A DNA stretch of 58,711 nucleotides, counting the filler, from Sphacelaria rigidula (Eukaryota), in NCBI GenBank assembly GCA_964200075.2. It is 6 parts of 6 records of this genome, joined end to end, with 100 filler letters (N's around TTAATTAATTAA, not from the genome) between each part and the next. Parts side by side here need not be neighbours in the genome. Positions count along the whole stretch, not along the records: positions 9,804 to 19,506 come from CAXNAA020007932.1; positions 19,607 to 29,308 come from CAXNAA020007933.1; 4 more parts are not named here. The stretch is one strand, 5' to 3'. This document shows, piece by piece, positions 12,483-26,443 of the stretch. Position 1 is the stretch's first letter; every line of letters starts with the position of its first letter. Under the pieces are notes generated by a model, which searched no databases, was not told the DNA's origin, and worked only from the letters and a program-made list of their open reading frames with translations. Made by a program: the position numbers and the translations under genes.

Positions 12483-14538
12483 GTGATGGCGTATTCTCCG
12501 CCCGTCGCGTCCCGCTTAATTGTTGTCTTTCCATCCTAGGAAAAGCGAAGGAGCCGAATGGTACAACCGCAAGTATTCTCGAGTGACGCTTCATATCTTA
12601 CAACCCTAGCAGCAGTGAATGGTACGGAAATGGGCACCTGCTCCATTGGTTGAAGACGACACAATGGGAATTATGGTACTCAACTTTCTCCTTCGAATGT
12701 CTGGTAAAATGGACGTACCCATGCCACCTATCGAGGTAATATACGAGAAAATGTTCGCGACTCTGTGACCCTATCCGGAACAGAATATCCCCCTTTTTCA
12801 GCATACGAACAAAAACTTTTATTTAGTCCTCAATTTACCACTTAGACGGTGAACCCCCCTCGGATGGACTCAGATGAACTATGCCACATTTGGGGTTCAA
12901 AACAGCTCTTTCTCGCTACATAAAATGCCTTTGTTCATAAACATGTTGATGTTGAGCACCTACATGGAAAACAGTCCCGGAGAACCCGTGACCGGTTTTC
13001 ACCCTGCAGTTGTTTGCGTGCAGTCAGTATGTGCTCTGCATGCCTTCGCTGGATCCAACCGCAAGAAACAATGAGCGTGTCATCATCCTCCACTCAGGAC
13101 AGTTTACTGCATGCTGCTGATATTTTTTCTTAGTGTCCCACAACAACACAACAGACACTGTGAAACTATGCTGGCAGTGCACGAGGGGTCAAGCAGGCGG
13201 CATTGACCACGAGCAGAGTCAAAGGGCGTTGTTTTTGCTCATGTTATTTATGTCTCACTGGTGTTGCCAAAGTGGAGTGGTATTAAGCCGCAAGGTGGGG
13301 CGTGGTTTTCTGCCCTGATATATGAGCAAGGATTGGTCGTAGCCTGGGTGGCAGGTTCTTGGAGTCAACCTGCACAGGGTACAGCGTAGAGTTGTGTTGT
13401 TGTTCTGCTGTGTGACTCCCCAGAACTTGACCGTGGCTCTTGTCATGTTGAGCTATTGTGCCGTTGAGACCTGTTACCTAGGGTCCCGGAAATTCGACTG
13501 TGCAGATAGGAGAGTTCCGGGCCTCTCGAACTGTCCGCGGTTGAACCTGCTCCTCTACTGACCTCGTCACCGGTTTACATCTCATAGAAGCAATCGATCC
13601 GCACATACACCACACTGGCCTCCACATATGGTTGAATGGTCTTAATCAAAATAAGAAATACGGCTAGATAGCGAAGTAGTTTATCTGTAGTCCACCTTTG
13701 GGAGAACAAAGTGGTCATTTTGACAGCTGTATTGGTCGGAATTGTCACCCTACTCCTCTCGGGCTTCGTTCCTGGCTTATAATTTTCCGTAGAGAACTTC
13801 CAAATTCACATGGTCCACTTGGTGAGCTTTTCGGCTTTTCTGCGGACAGATTTCCACCCCCTGTCGAAAACCAATTCCTCCGTCCCCTGGAAACCCACGG
13901 ATGTCCTTGGACTGTCAGCCTGTGAAACTGTTTTCCGAGACGGCGCTCGCTGTCCAAGGGTTAACGGTATAAAGCACAGCCACAAACTTGACAGAGACCT
14001 GTTGAGTAACACGGCGGACATCTCGATCTATTGCATTCGTCCACTTGTCCAACATTTTCCTCGAAGAATCAAGCAATCGGGTACTGTGCCTTGATCACAT
14101 CCAGGCACAACCTACCTGTTGCAAACGCGTCTTACGAAAAATAGTTGTCATCATGATCATCACGGTATGGCGCAAGCGTGCAGTCAACGTATCTGTCAAA
14201 CACCGAACGATAAGAAGAAGTCCCCGTTTCGGCGTCGGCACATTAGCACGTACATCATATCAATAAAAGTATATGTGGAAGACACCTCTTTGCAGAGACA
14301 CATCAGAGATTGATGCCACACATGTATAAAGAGCGAGCGCATGCAGGTACAGGGTAGGGACGGTCCGAGAGGACCAGATTACCGGCACCCTGTAAGGCGA
14401 ACGATACTAGACAACTCGGGGTGATGCCAGGAAGAGCCTGATGTCGCGGTGGCCGAACATCCCCCGAGAAAAAGGGTGCATCGCACAGCGGATTTCTTGT
14501 ACTCTGACCTCCCTCTTGCCTACATTACACAAGAGGAA

Positions 14539-15240
14539 ATCATCGCCAGCCTTGGAGTTCCTTCGGCATCGGGACGACATCTCCAACGACAGTCTTTTCC
14601 GTAGGTCTCTGTCTGCCCTAGCGATACGCCTTCCTCATATATAGTCACATATATAACAATACGCATGTAAACTTGCCAATTCCGAGAGGAAATATGTACT
14701 CTCTTTATGAATGACACTAGACCTAGGTAGTCGCGTCTGGTGCCTACCGTGTGTGATCCCGTGCTTGAACCATTCGGTCCCTATTCTTACAACCTTCAGG
14801 TCTCGACGCGTGTCACATCTTGATCGGAAATCATCTCAACGTGCAGTTGATCAGAGTATAGCATGCACGCACCGGCCAGAAAATCGTCATAATATGTTAT
14901 GGCCTCTTCTATAGCCATTGTTTAATGTGTTGATCGATTGTCGCACTTAACCTGATTCCCCAGGAGTCATGATCCAGGCGTCGTCGTGATCCAGGCGTCG
15001 TCGTGATCCACATTATAGTCACGTGATAGATGCACCCAAGACAAGAACAAAACTGAAACACTCGCTCAAGAAAAGTCAAGAAAATACAGGAAAGGAAGCG
15101 CCTGCGAACAGAGTAGACTAAGAAAAAAAAGGGAAAATGAAAGAAAAAAAATAAAATCAAATCAAAAAGAAGAACATAAAGAAAGAGGAAGAAACGAACA
15201 CAACACAAAGCCAAAAGAAAAAACGAAAAATAACCTAGAA
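14539..15240 (-). mobile_element. Fragments of the (AATC)n-tail LINE family
   Basis: 14539-14640 closely matches 49410-49513; 14931-15075 matches 49297-49395 (TGAT.GATTGTCGCACTT...GATAGA.G.ACCCAAG). Confidence 0.6.
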
Positions 15241-18200
15241 AATTGAGGGCCTCTGCCACATGGCTTCTGTGGAAAACGTTCTGCGCAACAACCACATCCA
15301 TACCCAATCGTAGGAAACAAAATGCCTTAGTAAAGAATCGCGAAGTACCTCCCACAGCCTGATCACCATGCTGTTTCCTCCCTTCGTAACCACAGAGAAA
15401 TGCAAATCAACGAAACGAGAAGCGCCAACGAGTCTCATATTACCAGCGCTGACATCTTCCGACCAATCTGTCGCCGTCTCAGAAAAAAAATCCTTGCCAG
15501 GTGCGCCCTCGCGCATTGCATCCTCGGATAAAGAGCCCACTGGACACAGCTTGACGAAGAATCCTAGAATCCTCATGGTTCCATCCTACCCCCCCCCATC
15601 TGTGGAACACATACCTCCTCAATCTCGCGCCCGCCTACAGCCGAACCCCTTCCTGGGTCGACCTCAGATCCCGTCGTCTTCTTCTATAAACTGCGAACTC
15701 TACGTTTCTCATGGTCAAACGTGCATTGTGCCCCTGGCGTTGCGTTCACCGTTGGTCCACCATCTACAACCCGTTTTTTTTTTGTCATCCGCGAATACTG
15801 GTGCGCGTGGCTTTTCTCGAGATCCACATGACACTTACTTACTCGCTTGCCCTGACCGTGTCCGCCTGTTCTAATTCACTTGGGATGTCAATCTGAGTTG
15901 GATCACTTTCTTATTGTTGGCATGATCTGACAGTGTGGCTTCGGCTTCGTACTGTCTATTGTCGCAGCCATTCTTACCACAGTCCTTGCGCGCCCCTTTA
16001 GAGCACCCTCGCAGCTAAATGACAGACTCGTGACACCTGAAACGCGCTGTTCAGACCATTTCCCCTCATCTCCGGCCTCTCCACGGGTGGAGATTGTGGC
16101 GGTTGATGTACCCCCCACCTGAATTACCCGACTCTGTGGGGTTTCCGACGGCTTCGCTCTCACACCCCTTGTTCCGGGCGAAGTGTTTGCCGCCATCTGC
16201 ACAGAGAGCACAGTGGTGTGCCACCCTCTTTTACCCCTCCGATGTCCTCACAGTACGAAGTATGGTACTCATCACCTGATGGTGGGCTCAATCTGCAATG
16301 GGATGTTTAGATGCAAAAGTGCACCCCGCACGTGGGTTAAAGTTTGAACTGAGGCAAAACAAGAACTCGTGAAAATAATTTGCTGTCGGTGACTTCGAGC
16401 TCGAGTGTCCGAGCAGGCGACTAAACCGTTGTTAGATCCACGTGATTGTCGTAAGGCTCCCTTCGCTCATGCTCCACACCGTGAAAAGTCCTCCCAACAT
16501 CGAACATAACACCTGAAGTGATCGGGGAACGGGGGTTGTTCAGCGTATCTCACGTGAGAGGCTGAGGTCCCGAACGCCTGACCAAATTCCTACTTATTAT
16601 ATTCGATATAGAAATTCAACAGTTACACCCGCTTCCGTGGACGTACTCCTTCGGCACGCAACGCACCCCGTTGTCACGGTGCCAATGAAGAGAGGGGTAC
16701 CTAGAAAAGCTCAAAATGGGGCCAATTCTCCCTTGATTTCGTAGCAGGCGTTCTTTCCGATTCAAAGAAGAGGAATATACTGTGTTCAAGTATCGTACCA
16801 TTATGCTGTTGTCATACCTAACGAACCCTGACTAACAGGCACAAGCAATATGATCTTATGTAAAAATTAGACTCTTATTCGGGTCAGCTTCCGGTGGTGC
16901 CCTGTGCCTCTTACAGTACTAGGGGCTGAACGCACCTCACCCCCTTTCGCACGTAGTTTCCTCTCCTGCGTCTGGTTGTACAGATCCGAGATTTGTCAAC
17001 CCACTGAGCCCTGTTTTTCCTGGACCAAAAGCCATGGATGCGGTGGTCGTTTGGCCCAACGCTGAGTCGAGCCGAAGGTGTCTTTCATTCGCATTCCCCC
17101 AACCTGTCGCCCCTTCCGTCTTCATTGCATCCTGAGCAGTATCGCGATGCCTTTTATCTATCGAGAGTTGTACCCTAGCAGCTACTTTGTTGTCCAGCGT
17201 CCCCGTGATATATTGATTGTCTCCTGAATCGGCAACTGCACGGCTATGATCGGAACATGTGCGCAATTCTTATCGTTCTAAAAAATCACGTTATCTAAAA
17301 ACTCGCGTCTGTACTTTCTCATCGGTCACCGTAGAAGCTTAACCGTGTCATGAGGATATGAGGCGGTACCGCACATGTGCGACTATTTGTTTTTTCCCAT
17401 GCCCGTGGATCGGTAGTGTTCCGCAGACCCATAGGTCTGAAGCCCGTAGCCCCTAGGTGATAATACCTTTGATCGCTGAGTGATGAAATGGGATTGATCT
17501 CCACAGCCTTCCCCCACTGATAAACCCATCTCCATTCCGAACCGCCTGTGGGCTTACGCTTTAGTGGGTGACTACGAGAGCGAGACACCGAACCAGACAA
17601 TCAAGCTTATATGTTCATTGAGCATATGTTCATCTATCGAGTGAACAGCTGAGCAGAGATGGATAAAGATCATTAGACTTGCACTCGGGAGAGCTTGTGT
17701 GGAACGCACAACTTGCCAAGGGCTTATTAACACCTTGACAACCGTACTAAACTATCGACAGTCACGCGAGCGTGTTCACATATTCTGCCCTCAGACGGGA
17801 TCATACTCAGTGCCTCACTGATGAACCCAGAGTAAACAAAAGTTGATTTGCTTGTGCTTACAACTCTGACCGAGGTCGAGAGGGAGGGAAGGCAAGGTAA
17901 CCTCGCTGTGATGTCCAATAATCCGGGGACACATCCCCTAAAGATCTACTGGCTATAGCACAGCATCGACATGTTCTAAATAGCTCAACACACTTTTAGA
18001 GGCGCATGTACACAAACGTCGAGTAGCTTTACGTCGTGCCCTACAGGCCATCATCAATTTGAGGAATCACATAATAGACAACCTGGAGCTCGCGAACGAT
18101 CAAATCGCTTGTTGTCACTGACCGCTAGTGGGTAATGTCGCCTGTGATCAAGAATCCACCCCGAACTGAAAAGAAACGGTTTCGTGTAGCCAGTCCGGCT

Positions 18201-19369
18201 TGCATCCAGCAGATATAATAGTGTAGTTCTACATCTATCTATTTTTCGTTGAAGTGCACCTGCTATTATAATGGTCTTATCATGCCATACCTGTGGCTAC
18301 TCATGCGTGGGGGGTCGATGCTGCCGTATATTCGCAGGTGAATGCTGTATGAAGCAATTCTGCTTTTAGCAAAACTTCACAGTATAAGTTCAGGGCAATT
18401 CCTGTGAGTGTCTTAACCGGCCTTCAACGGTGTGTCACGATTTCGTGACGTCGGGTGCGTGTGTATGGCGATCACTCCTCCTCTTTTCTCCCGGCCGCTA
18501 ATCCTTCGACCACCAGAGCGAGCAATTTGTCGAATCGGTGCCATTCACATTTGAGAAAATGAGCGCAAGGCCCAGACGACTCACCTTGGCGCTCGAGATT
18601 GAACAAAAATACGTTCTTGCTATCTTCGATCGACTATCAGCCGTGTCCTCTGATCGGTTACTCCAGCCGCGTCCATCTGTCTGATTCACGGGGCTATAAG
18701 TATACGAACACTACAGATGGACTGAGCTCTAGCCACGATATCAAGGCAGTTGCATTGTTCCTTTGAGGGGCTAAGCCGAAAGTAATCATACGCCAACGAA
18801 TATAGCCGTCCGTGTCGCATAGTTACCTGTGCAGGCGTTTACGGGGTCCGACATGTGTAGAGCTACGTATCCTCCCTCTCGCAATCGACAGAAGAGTCGC
18901 CATCTGTACGGTTGGACACTACAGTGAACACTACAGCAGTCGACACAAAATGCTTGAGTAGGCTGCGTATCCAGCACAAGAACAGCCTCCTTGCGTACTG
19001 CCGGCGACGAGTAGACCTTGCATGAGAGTAGCCAACTTGTATCGTCTGTCATTGAGAAAAGCAAGCGTACTTCACGAAGGATCGGTCGACTTTCCCAGAC
19101 GTCACCCTTTCACTTGAGGAGAGGCGAAATCAGGGAGCCAAAAGTAGGAAAGTGTCCATATGGGATGAGAGTTAGATAGCCTCGCAGGGGATAACGAGAC
19201 CACAATAGTCAGAGGCTAATGTCGCGCTAGTCCGATGAGTATTAGGGGTTGGTTGATATATGGGAAATGAACTAGGTGCGTGTCCCAGGGATTTGGGTTT
19301 CGCCAGGGGGCAGCGAAAAATGAAAATCTGGACACATAGGCCCCAAGATCGAAATTTTGAGTTGTTAAG

Positions 19370-19506
19370 GGGGGGAGGTGTACTCATTATCATGCATGCC
19401 ATAGTCATCAGACCATTGACCTCGCATCTCTACAAACCCGAGATAGGGCACGCCGGGTTTCGCCGGACCAGACTTGCACTCAAACCACCAAGCGCGAAGC
19501 GCCGTG
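19370..19506 (+). repeat. Dispersed repeat, same family as 7591-7722 and the inner end of the 57979 element
   Basis: GGTGTACTCATTATCATGCATGCCATAGTCATCAGACCATTGACCTCGCATC. Confidence 0.8.
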
Positions 19507-19606
19507 NNNNNNNNNNNNNNNNNNNNNNNNNNNNNNNNNNNNNNNNNNNNTTAATTAATTAANNNNNNNNNNNNNNNNNNNNNNNNNNNNNNNNNNNNNN
19601 NNNNNN
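19507..19606. other. Artificial scaffold linker
   Basis: N44-TTAATTAATTAA-N44. Confidence 0.99.
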
Positions 19607-20504
19607 TAATCCTCCGGGTTCTCATCCTCAATGAAAAGCACCATCCTCAACATAGATGATCGGCTGTTTTGATGGGTTTGTGCTGGATGAAGCCACGGTT
19701 GTCTCGTCCAGGTGGGTCTCTGCGCCCCCATTTTCTTGCAGAGCAATGATCGATTTGGAAAGGCGTACGTATTCATTCCGCTTGAGACCCATTTCTCCAC
19801 GATCGTGTGTTTGAGGTAGGTGTGCATTTGTGCTATTTTTTCGTGAAAATAATGCTGCAGGGGCCTCATTGATCATTTCGCTTGGAAATAACACGAATGG
19901 ACACCTGCAGCAAACACACGATGGTGGGGTAGAGTGCCACCAGCATACCATCCAAAGGGGGCAGCACGATTTGTAGTGGTCAGAATATTATCAAATTCTA
20001 CCGTTGGTTCACCAGGCTTCCACACCATGTCTCGCCCCACACTGGTCCATCACTTCAGTGCTTGATTGGTCCGAAATGCCACCCTCCAGGCATCCCGGTG
20101 GCCACGTGTGTGTTCCACACAATGCCACGGCATTCCATGTTTTGTTGGGCAGAAAGTAGCTGGATACGTTCCCGATACATGTGTTCAGACAGGAAGATGT
20201 ATTTGTGAAAGACGGACGCCAGCAATGTTTCGAGCGTCTCCGCATTGATTTAGTACCCAACCAGTTGTTGAGGTATGCTTCGGCTCCGCTTCCACGTACA
20301 CCTCTTCTGATATATGCCCCCGCACCAGTACCACTTCCCCCACTGAGGTCGAGCAAAACGCTGATTGTCATGGACCAGTTTCAGCTGATACATTGGTTGT
20401 GGCCGCGTTGGATAACGGCACGGAAACCGAAATTCCTCAAATCTTGTTGGATTGTTTCTAGCCTCAGCAGCGAGCAAGGTTTTTGCGACTAAAGGATGAC
20501 GTTC

Positions 20505-21177
20505 TGTGATGGTAAATGATTGAGTGCCTGCGTTAAACTAGTTCTTTGGGGATGCAGATGGTCCCCAGAAACGACCGGCGGGTATGGAACGATTCTAGTC
20601 GAATGTGTGTTTGTATAAGGCAGGACTTGGATCCTTATATTTGTTGACGCAGCTACGAAGCGGGGTACAACATTGTACCCGATTAGCCGCGTGTACCTGC
20701 TACTACAGCTTTGATTAGCTAAAGATACGACGCGTCACGGTGATTTTGTATTATGACAAGGTTGTAAGCGGGGCAGGAGGACGTACTGACAGAATAGCTT
20801 TCCCCAGCTGTTGTACCTCGCCTACCGAGGTCACTCGAACCATCGACCAGTCTTCAGACGTCATTGGATATCAAGAAGAGCTTTTACTCGTCATCTACCC
20901 ATCGATCTCCTGTCTTCAGTGTCGCGAGTCCACAGCCTTGACGTGAGTCTTAGCTGTGCTGTACGATCACCCTCATCCACGATTGATATTGTATTCTGTC
21001 TTCGGGGCTGTGTGGTTTTCCTCTTTGACAGCTGGGCTATTGTATTGAGAGATTGAAAGAGCAGTTTGAGTCTAGCAAGTCGAACCCGGATCGCTTGCTG
21101 ACATTTCACAAGGGTGGGGCTGGCTTGCGTTCGGCGTATAAGGTTTTACTGCTTGCGGTATTGCCTATACCGCCACA
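20505..21177 (+). repeat. 5' LTR (673 bp)
   Basis: TGTGATGGTAAATG...TATACCGCCACA; 7 substitutions relative to the 3' LTR by manual comparison. Confidence 0.95.
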
Positions 21178-21989
21178 TTGTGGGGCTTCAGAGGTAGCTT
21201 GTTTCATTCAAGCTGTAGAGTTTCTCTCTCGGTCGGCTGCTGTTCACACAACAGTCTAACACAAGCTCACAGTTTTCTTTCAGACGTTGCATTTTCGGCC
21301 CCTGTTTCAACTTGATATCTGTGTAGACGATTCACCGGTGTAACCACGCGGGTAATTATACAGCTTCTTCGAGAGCTGTTTTCATTTTACAGTTTTGTCT
21401 GGTCTGACCACAGGCCATCGATGTCTCGCACTGTACCTAGCTCCGTCTCAGACATCGACGAGCGCACGCTCAGACGCTTGAGGCGCGCCCGCGTTCGCGA
21501 GCGCTCCCTCGCTACACAACAAACCCCTTCTCCACACACAGGCCAATTTGACGGGGCACGTCAATACCCCGGGATGGATGGACTCTCTTTCGTACCGTTG
21601 TACACGGTTCGAAAAAACCACAGCGTCACCAACCATATACAATCTGTACAACCGCCCTCCATTTCCTCCGCACACGTGCCCGTGGTATCCATGCCCGTTG
21701 AGTTCTTTTTGTTTCAGCCCGCTTGTTCTAGACACAGAGCTTTATTGTCCCCTTCACTCCAACACCCCTCCACATTCCTTTTCGGCTCGGCAAACACCGA
21801 GCCGACCGATGTGTGTTCCACTACCGGTCTCTGTTGGCAGACAGAGCGTGCGCGGGCTGTTTCAAATTCAACCCGCTGTCCAGACAATAATTTGTTTCTA
21901 ACACGGAATATTCCAACCAACTGTCCAATACTTTCGTCGACGTTTCCTCAATAAAGCAAATTTGCCAGCAGTACAAAGAAAGTTTGTCT

Positions 21990-23653
21990 CTACACACGCC
22001 CGACTGTACCAACACCGCAGCAGGTAACTCACCACCGTCAAACACTTCGTTGGCCGATTGAATTCCCGAACGGGCCTGGTGAAGTAGTAGTTTCGTGGGA
22101 CTATTTCGGCCCTTTTCCCCTGACGGATAGTAGAAATAAGTATATTTTGTTGTTTACGGATAGATTTAGTCGACATGCGGTGATGCACGCCGTCCCCCCC
22201 AGTAGGTATACCGCGGAAGGTACCGCCACCAACATTTCTGTCCACACGTACATCCCACTGTGGGGTGTGCCCAAACACTTACTGTCTGACAACGGCCCTC
22301 ATTTTTCGGGCAAACTTTCTGCCACCGTCAGTGACCTTTTGGGTGCCCATCGCATTTTTACTAGTTCATACCACCCTTCCACCAATGGTGGAACGGAACG
22401 AGTGAACCATACGATGGCACAGATGCTTGCTTCTGTAGCAAATTAGAGACAGGTGAACTGGGATCTGCACCTGCCCCTTGTCCAAATGAACTACAACAAT
22501 TCAGTCAGTGCCGCTACCGGATTGTCGCCGGATGAAATTCATATTGGACGCATGCCTAGGTTACCTTTAACGGTATTCGAACGCAAAAATACAGGTGGAC
22601 ATCAGAGTATCATTTGTCGGTTAGCAATCGTCTTCGTCTTGCATATGAAGTGGTACGAGAACAAAACCAAATCAATCTGGCCAAGGTGGCCAGGGCGAAC
22701 TCGATGTTGGATGATGTGGTGCATAAGCGCCCGGTGTGGAAGGTAGGCCAATGGGCATGGGTGTACAACGATGTGAAGACCATCAATCAAGGGGCTAGCT
22801 CGAAACCATAGTCTTTGGACAAAGTGTTGACGGCGAAACTATCCCTGAATTGGATTGTTCCTTGGGAAATTTTAGCTGTTGGTCCAAGCGCTACCGCACC
22901 CGACGAAAGCCCGGTGGGAGCGAAACTTTTGTATTTAGATTTTCGCACGGATGAACCTGGTTTGAAACCGAAATACAACGTCTCGATGTTACGATGCAAA
23001 CCGTGTATCCCCGCTCATGACTCCTCTGACATGCCCAAACAACTGCCGGTAGGGCTTAGCCAGTATGTGTTGACCAAGTATGCGATCAAAAACTCCGCCG
23101 TATCATATGATGATCGAGGATGCGGACGCAACCCTGGAACGCGTTGAGATAGATAGGATTTCGGGTCATCAACTGGTTCGCGGTCGTGGAGGTAAGATAG
23201 CGGTAATGTATCAAACACATTGGAAGGGTATCATGCGTGTCTCATGGGAGCGTGAAGTTGATTTGCGTCATTTTTCGTCGGGAAATATTGCTGTACTGGG
23301 TGGGAGATACCGTCCAACACCGCCCGTTGAATAAGAGATATCGGTCGATGCACAAGGGGGCTGCTGCTCCGGAACTGGCACGTGAGCACTCAGCGCGGTT
23401 TTTTGTGACAGAATATAGCCTTCTTTCGCGTTCACAATACATGCAGTGTTTTCACGGAAAACAATTGCCGAAAGGGGCGTACTTTTGGTATAAGGCCTTG
23501 GATTCGCTGTGGTGGTCGGGTATGATTCATTTGGTCGATCCTGCATCTGACCACTCCTACTTTATCCGTTTCCTTGATGACCCGAGCCCCCCTAAGATTC
23601 GCTTGGATGATGCGTACTACACCGAGGAGCCGACCGCTCGGAGGAGATCCTGA
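21990..23653 (+). pseudogene. Disrupted Gypsy integrase with C-terminal chromodomain-like and PWWP/Tudor-like segments
   Basis: WDYFGPFP..YILLFTDRFSRH..LLSDNGPHF..YHPSTNGGTERVNHTMAQML (DDE core), then EIDRISGHQLVRGRGGKIAVMYQTHWKG..SWERE and KGAYFWYKALDSLWWSGMI..YFIRFLDD. Several stops and frameshifts. Confidence 0.9.
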
Positions 23654-26443
23654 TGCCTCCGACGACACGACCAAGGCGAACTCGAAACAGCCGTTCTACG
23701 GAACACGGACACCGCTTGGGATGCAGATGACTCATGATGCCGCCTCCGAGTCTGCTTCCCCATTGACCTTGCGTAGTGTACCGCCTTCGAGTCGCTTGCC
23801 TTGCACCGTAGCGTCGTTGGAAAACCATGTGTTCCCCCCCTTCCTCTCTTCATTTTGATTTTTTTCGTGCTAATGAGCCCCGTACTTGTAGTGGTTGATG
23901 TTGTGTTTTGTAATTGATGACTGCTGCCCAGATAGCCCCCCGCCCAAACCGGCCGAAAACGTGCACGGAGGCGATGATTATAACTGCCGTCAAAGTTGGT
24001 TTCGTGCTGTACGACGCGACTGATTTGGGCGCTATAGCTGATTTCGGACTACTACACGCCTCTCATGTGGGCCCAATTGCTGCAAACGAGTCCAATAGTG
24101 AGATCACAGCCGGTTCGTTGGATGGTACCGGTGTATTTTTTGGGGGGGGGCTATCTCGGCATTAGTCTGATATGTGGTCTTGAGCTTTTGTATTTTGTAT
24201 TTTTTTGTGTTGTGTTCTGTTGTTTGTTGCTTTGGACCTGATTCTGTGTTTCGGTTTTCTTTGCCATTGCGTCAATTGTTTTGATTTGTTTTTGTCTTTG
24301 TCTTTTTTGTTTTTCTCTTCTTTCCTTCTATTTTCGCCTCGTGCTTTGTGTTCGATTTTTGTGTTCAATGGGTACTTTTCTTGGTTAATTCTGGGTTCAT
24401 CTTGCAATATATAAGTGACGACCGTTCCATTCCTGACCCCGAGTCTGGAACCTTGAACCTCCGTCCTCCGCGCCGTACATTCACAATCATTCCGTCTACT
24501 GGAACAGTTGCCACAAGTCATTTATTTCTTCATTTTTTTTCCTCGTTGTACGCACCTTTTGTCTTCTTTGGTGTACTGTGTTGTCGTTGTCTTTTTATTT
24601 TTGTCTTTTCGGTTGAAAGTTTTAGGAGCGAGCGCTGGATATACCTGACCTCCCCGTCTGGAATAATTGCGCTCTTGCCCAACCGCTCCGTACACACATA
24701 CCGCCTCCCCCTTCACGATCGGCAATGACGTGTCCCCTTTTTTTGTGTGCGTACCACGTTGAGTATTATATTAACATGGGTTTGCCTGACATGTTTTGAC
24801 CTTCTTGGCTGAAACTCTTGACCCTGCTTGCTTCACACACACTATGACCGCTTCCGTGTCCAAGGACGGCTGTCACGTGTTGCTTTTCTGCTTGATGTTA
24901 CGGATATTTCGTTTCCGCTGTTGCCCAGCGTGCCCCTGGTTTTGTGTGTATTTTTGGTCTTGGTTTCTGCGTCTATATCGGGAATTTGCTATGAGTGCTC
25001 CAACGTTCCTGACCCTCGAGTCTGGAACACTTGGCCTTTTTTTTTGCGAATCCTGCCGCGTGTGACCAACCTCGTCTATAGGAGGATCACGGGTGATGCG
25101 ACGCGATGATTATATTTGGTGATTAGTAAGTTACAACGAGGTCACCACTGACCACGTCGTACATAGCGGTGTCACGTTTGTCATGAAGTCGCGGTATAAT
25201 CGGTTGCAAACGTCTCCTCATACAGGACCATTACGTATCATGATAGGGTAGATGACTCTTCCGGAATTGTCCGTTCCGCCATGTCGATGTTCGACCGTTG
25301 GTACGGCCTACAGGCTCAGAGTCTGCCACCCGCTAGGTTTTCTGTGACTTTTACAAATTTTTTGCACACAATTACCCGCCCCTGGAATCGGTCGGTGGTG
25401 TTGTGTTTTTATCAGGGATTATTGGACGAAGTAACGTGACGGTACGACCGGCTGTGGTTTTTACTCCAGTTTGTGCTCGAGCCAGTCTGGTTTTAGTCCG
25501 AACGGGCAAATACGGTGAGGAGTGGGCTGCGTTGGTCCTCTCTGTCCTGTGTAGTTGTCGTGGTTCAGAAACGTGCTGAGCGATCCGCCTCGGAACTACG
25601 TAGTAGGACCGAAGGTTGTGTATCGCTCACTACGTCTCTTTTGACGTGTACGGACACCTGACCTCACGAACCGGTCGGTTGTTTTCGTATCGTCGTGTGA
25701 GAAAAAAAAAAATGCTGTACGGCTGGATCATCAACCAGACGTCCCAAGCAAGTCGTTGCTCTCACAGACATGTACCGACAACTACCTCACGTCAAACGGT
25801 TGATTTGTCCGTATCATTCTATTTGTGCTTTTTATCAATGTATGGTTTTCGCGGGAAACTACCATTTCCGCGACGAAATCGGCTGTACGTTACCGGCTTT
25901 TGCTGATTGACTGGGACGAGTGATTAGCATGAACTTGGTTTTTGGAGTGATGAAATGCCTCAGTGGGCTTGTTTGTTTTTCTACCAATGACCGAAAGTAA
26001 ATCGGACATCTGGCAAAGAGCGAACTATTTATCAATGATATAGTTATGGCAGGGTAGGATAATCGTTTCAATGATGGGTCTCTGATTTCCTGTGACTATC
26101 CCGGAAATGCTCACGATATTCTGAAAACACTGCATTTTGTGGTACATGGTTTTGATTGTTGATTTTGGATTTTTTTCATTTCCCATGACTCCGTCTGAAG
26201 AACTCACGGAACATGAGGACACTGAATCATTGTATCGGTTCGATTATTTATTCTCTCTCCTTTGTGCTTGTGTTTAAATTTTCTTGTTTTTTCGTGTTGA
26301 TCGCCCATTCCCGTTCCCCGTACCAAAGAGGACTTGATCTTCAATTGGAGTCTCAGTTTTCCGTGGTGTGGGAGAGGTGTGGCTCGATGCAGGTTCGTCC
26401 CTTCTGAAAAGTGACTGCACTCGAACGATCCAGGGTGGGCTAA

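Noticed and set aside
21178-21195. Specific tRNA primer-binding site for the LTR element
   Set aside because: TTGTGGGGCTTCAGAGG is in the right position, but I cannot confidently assign it to a tRNA.
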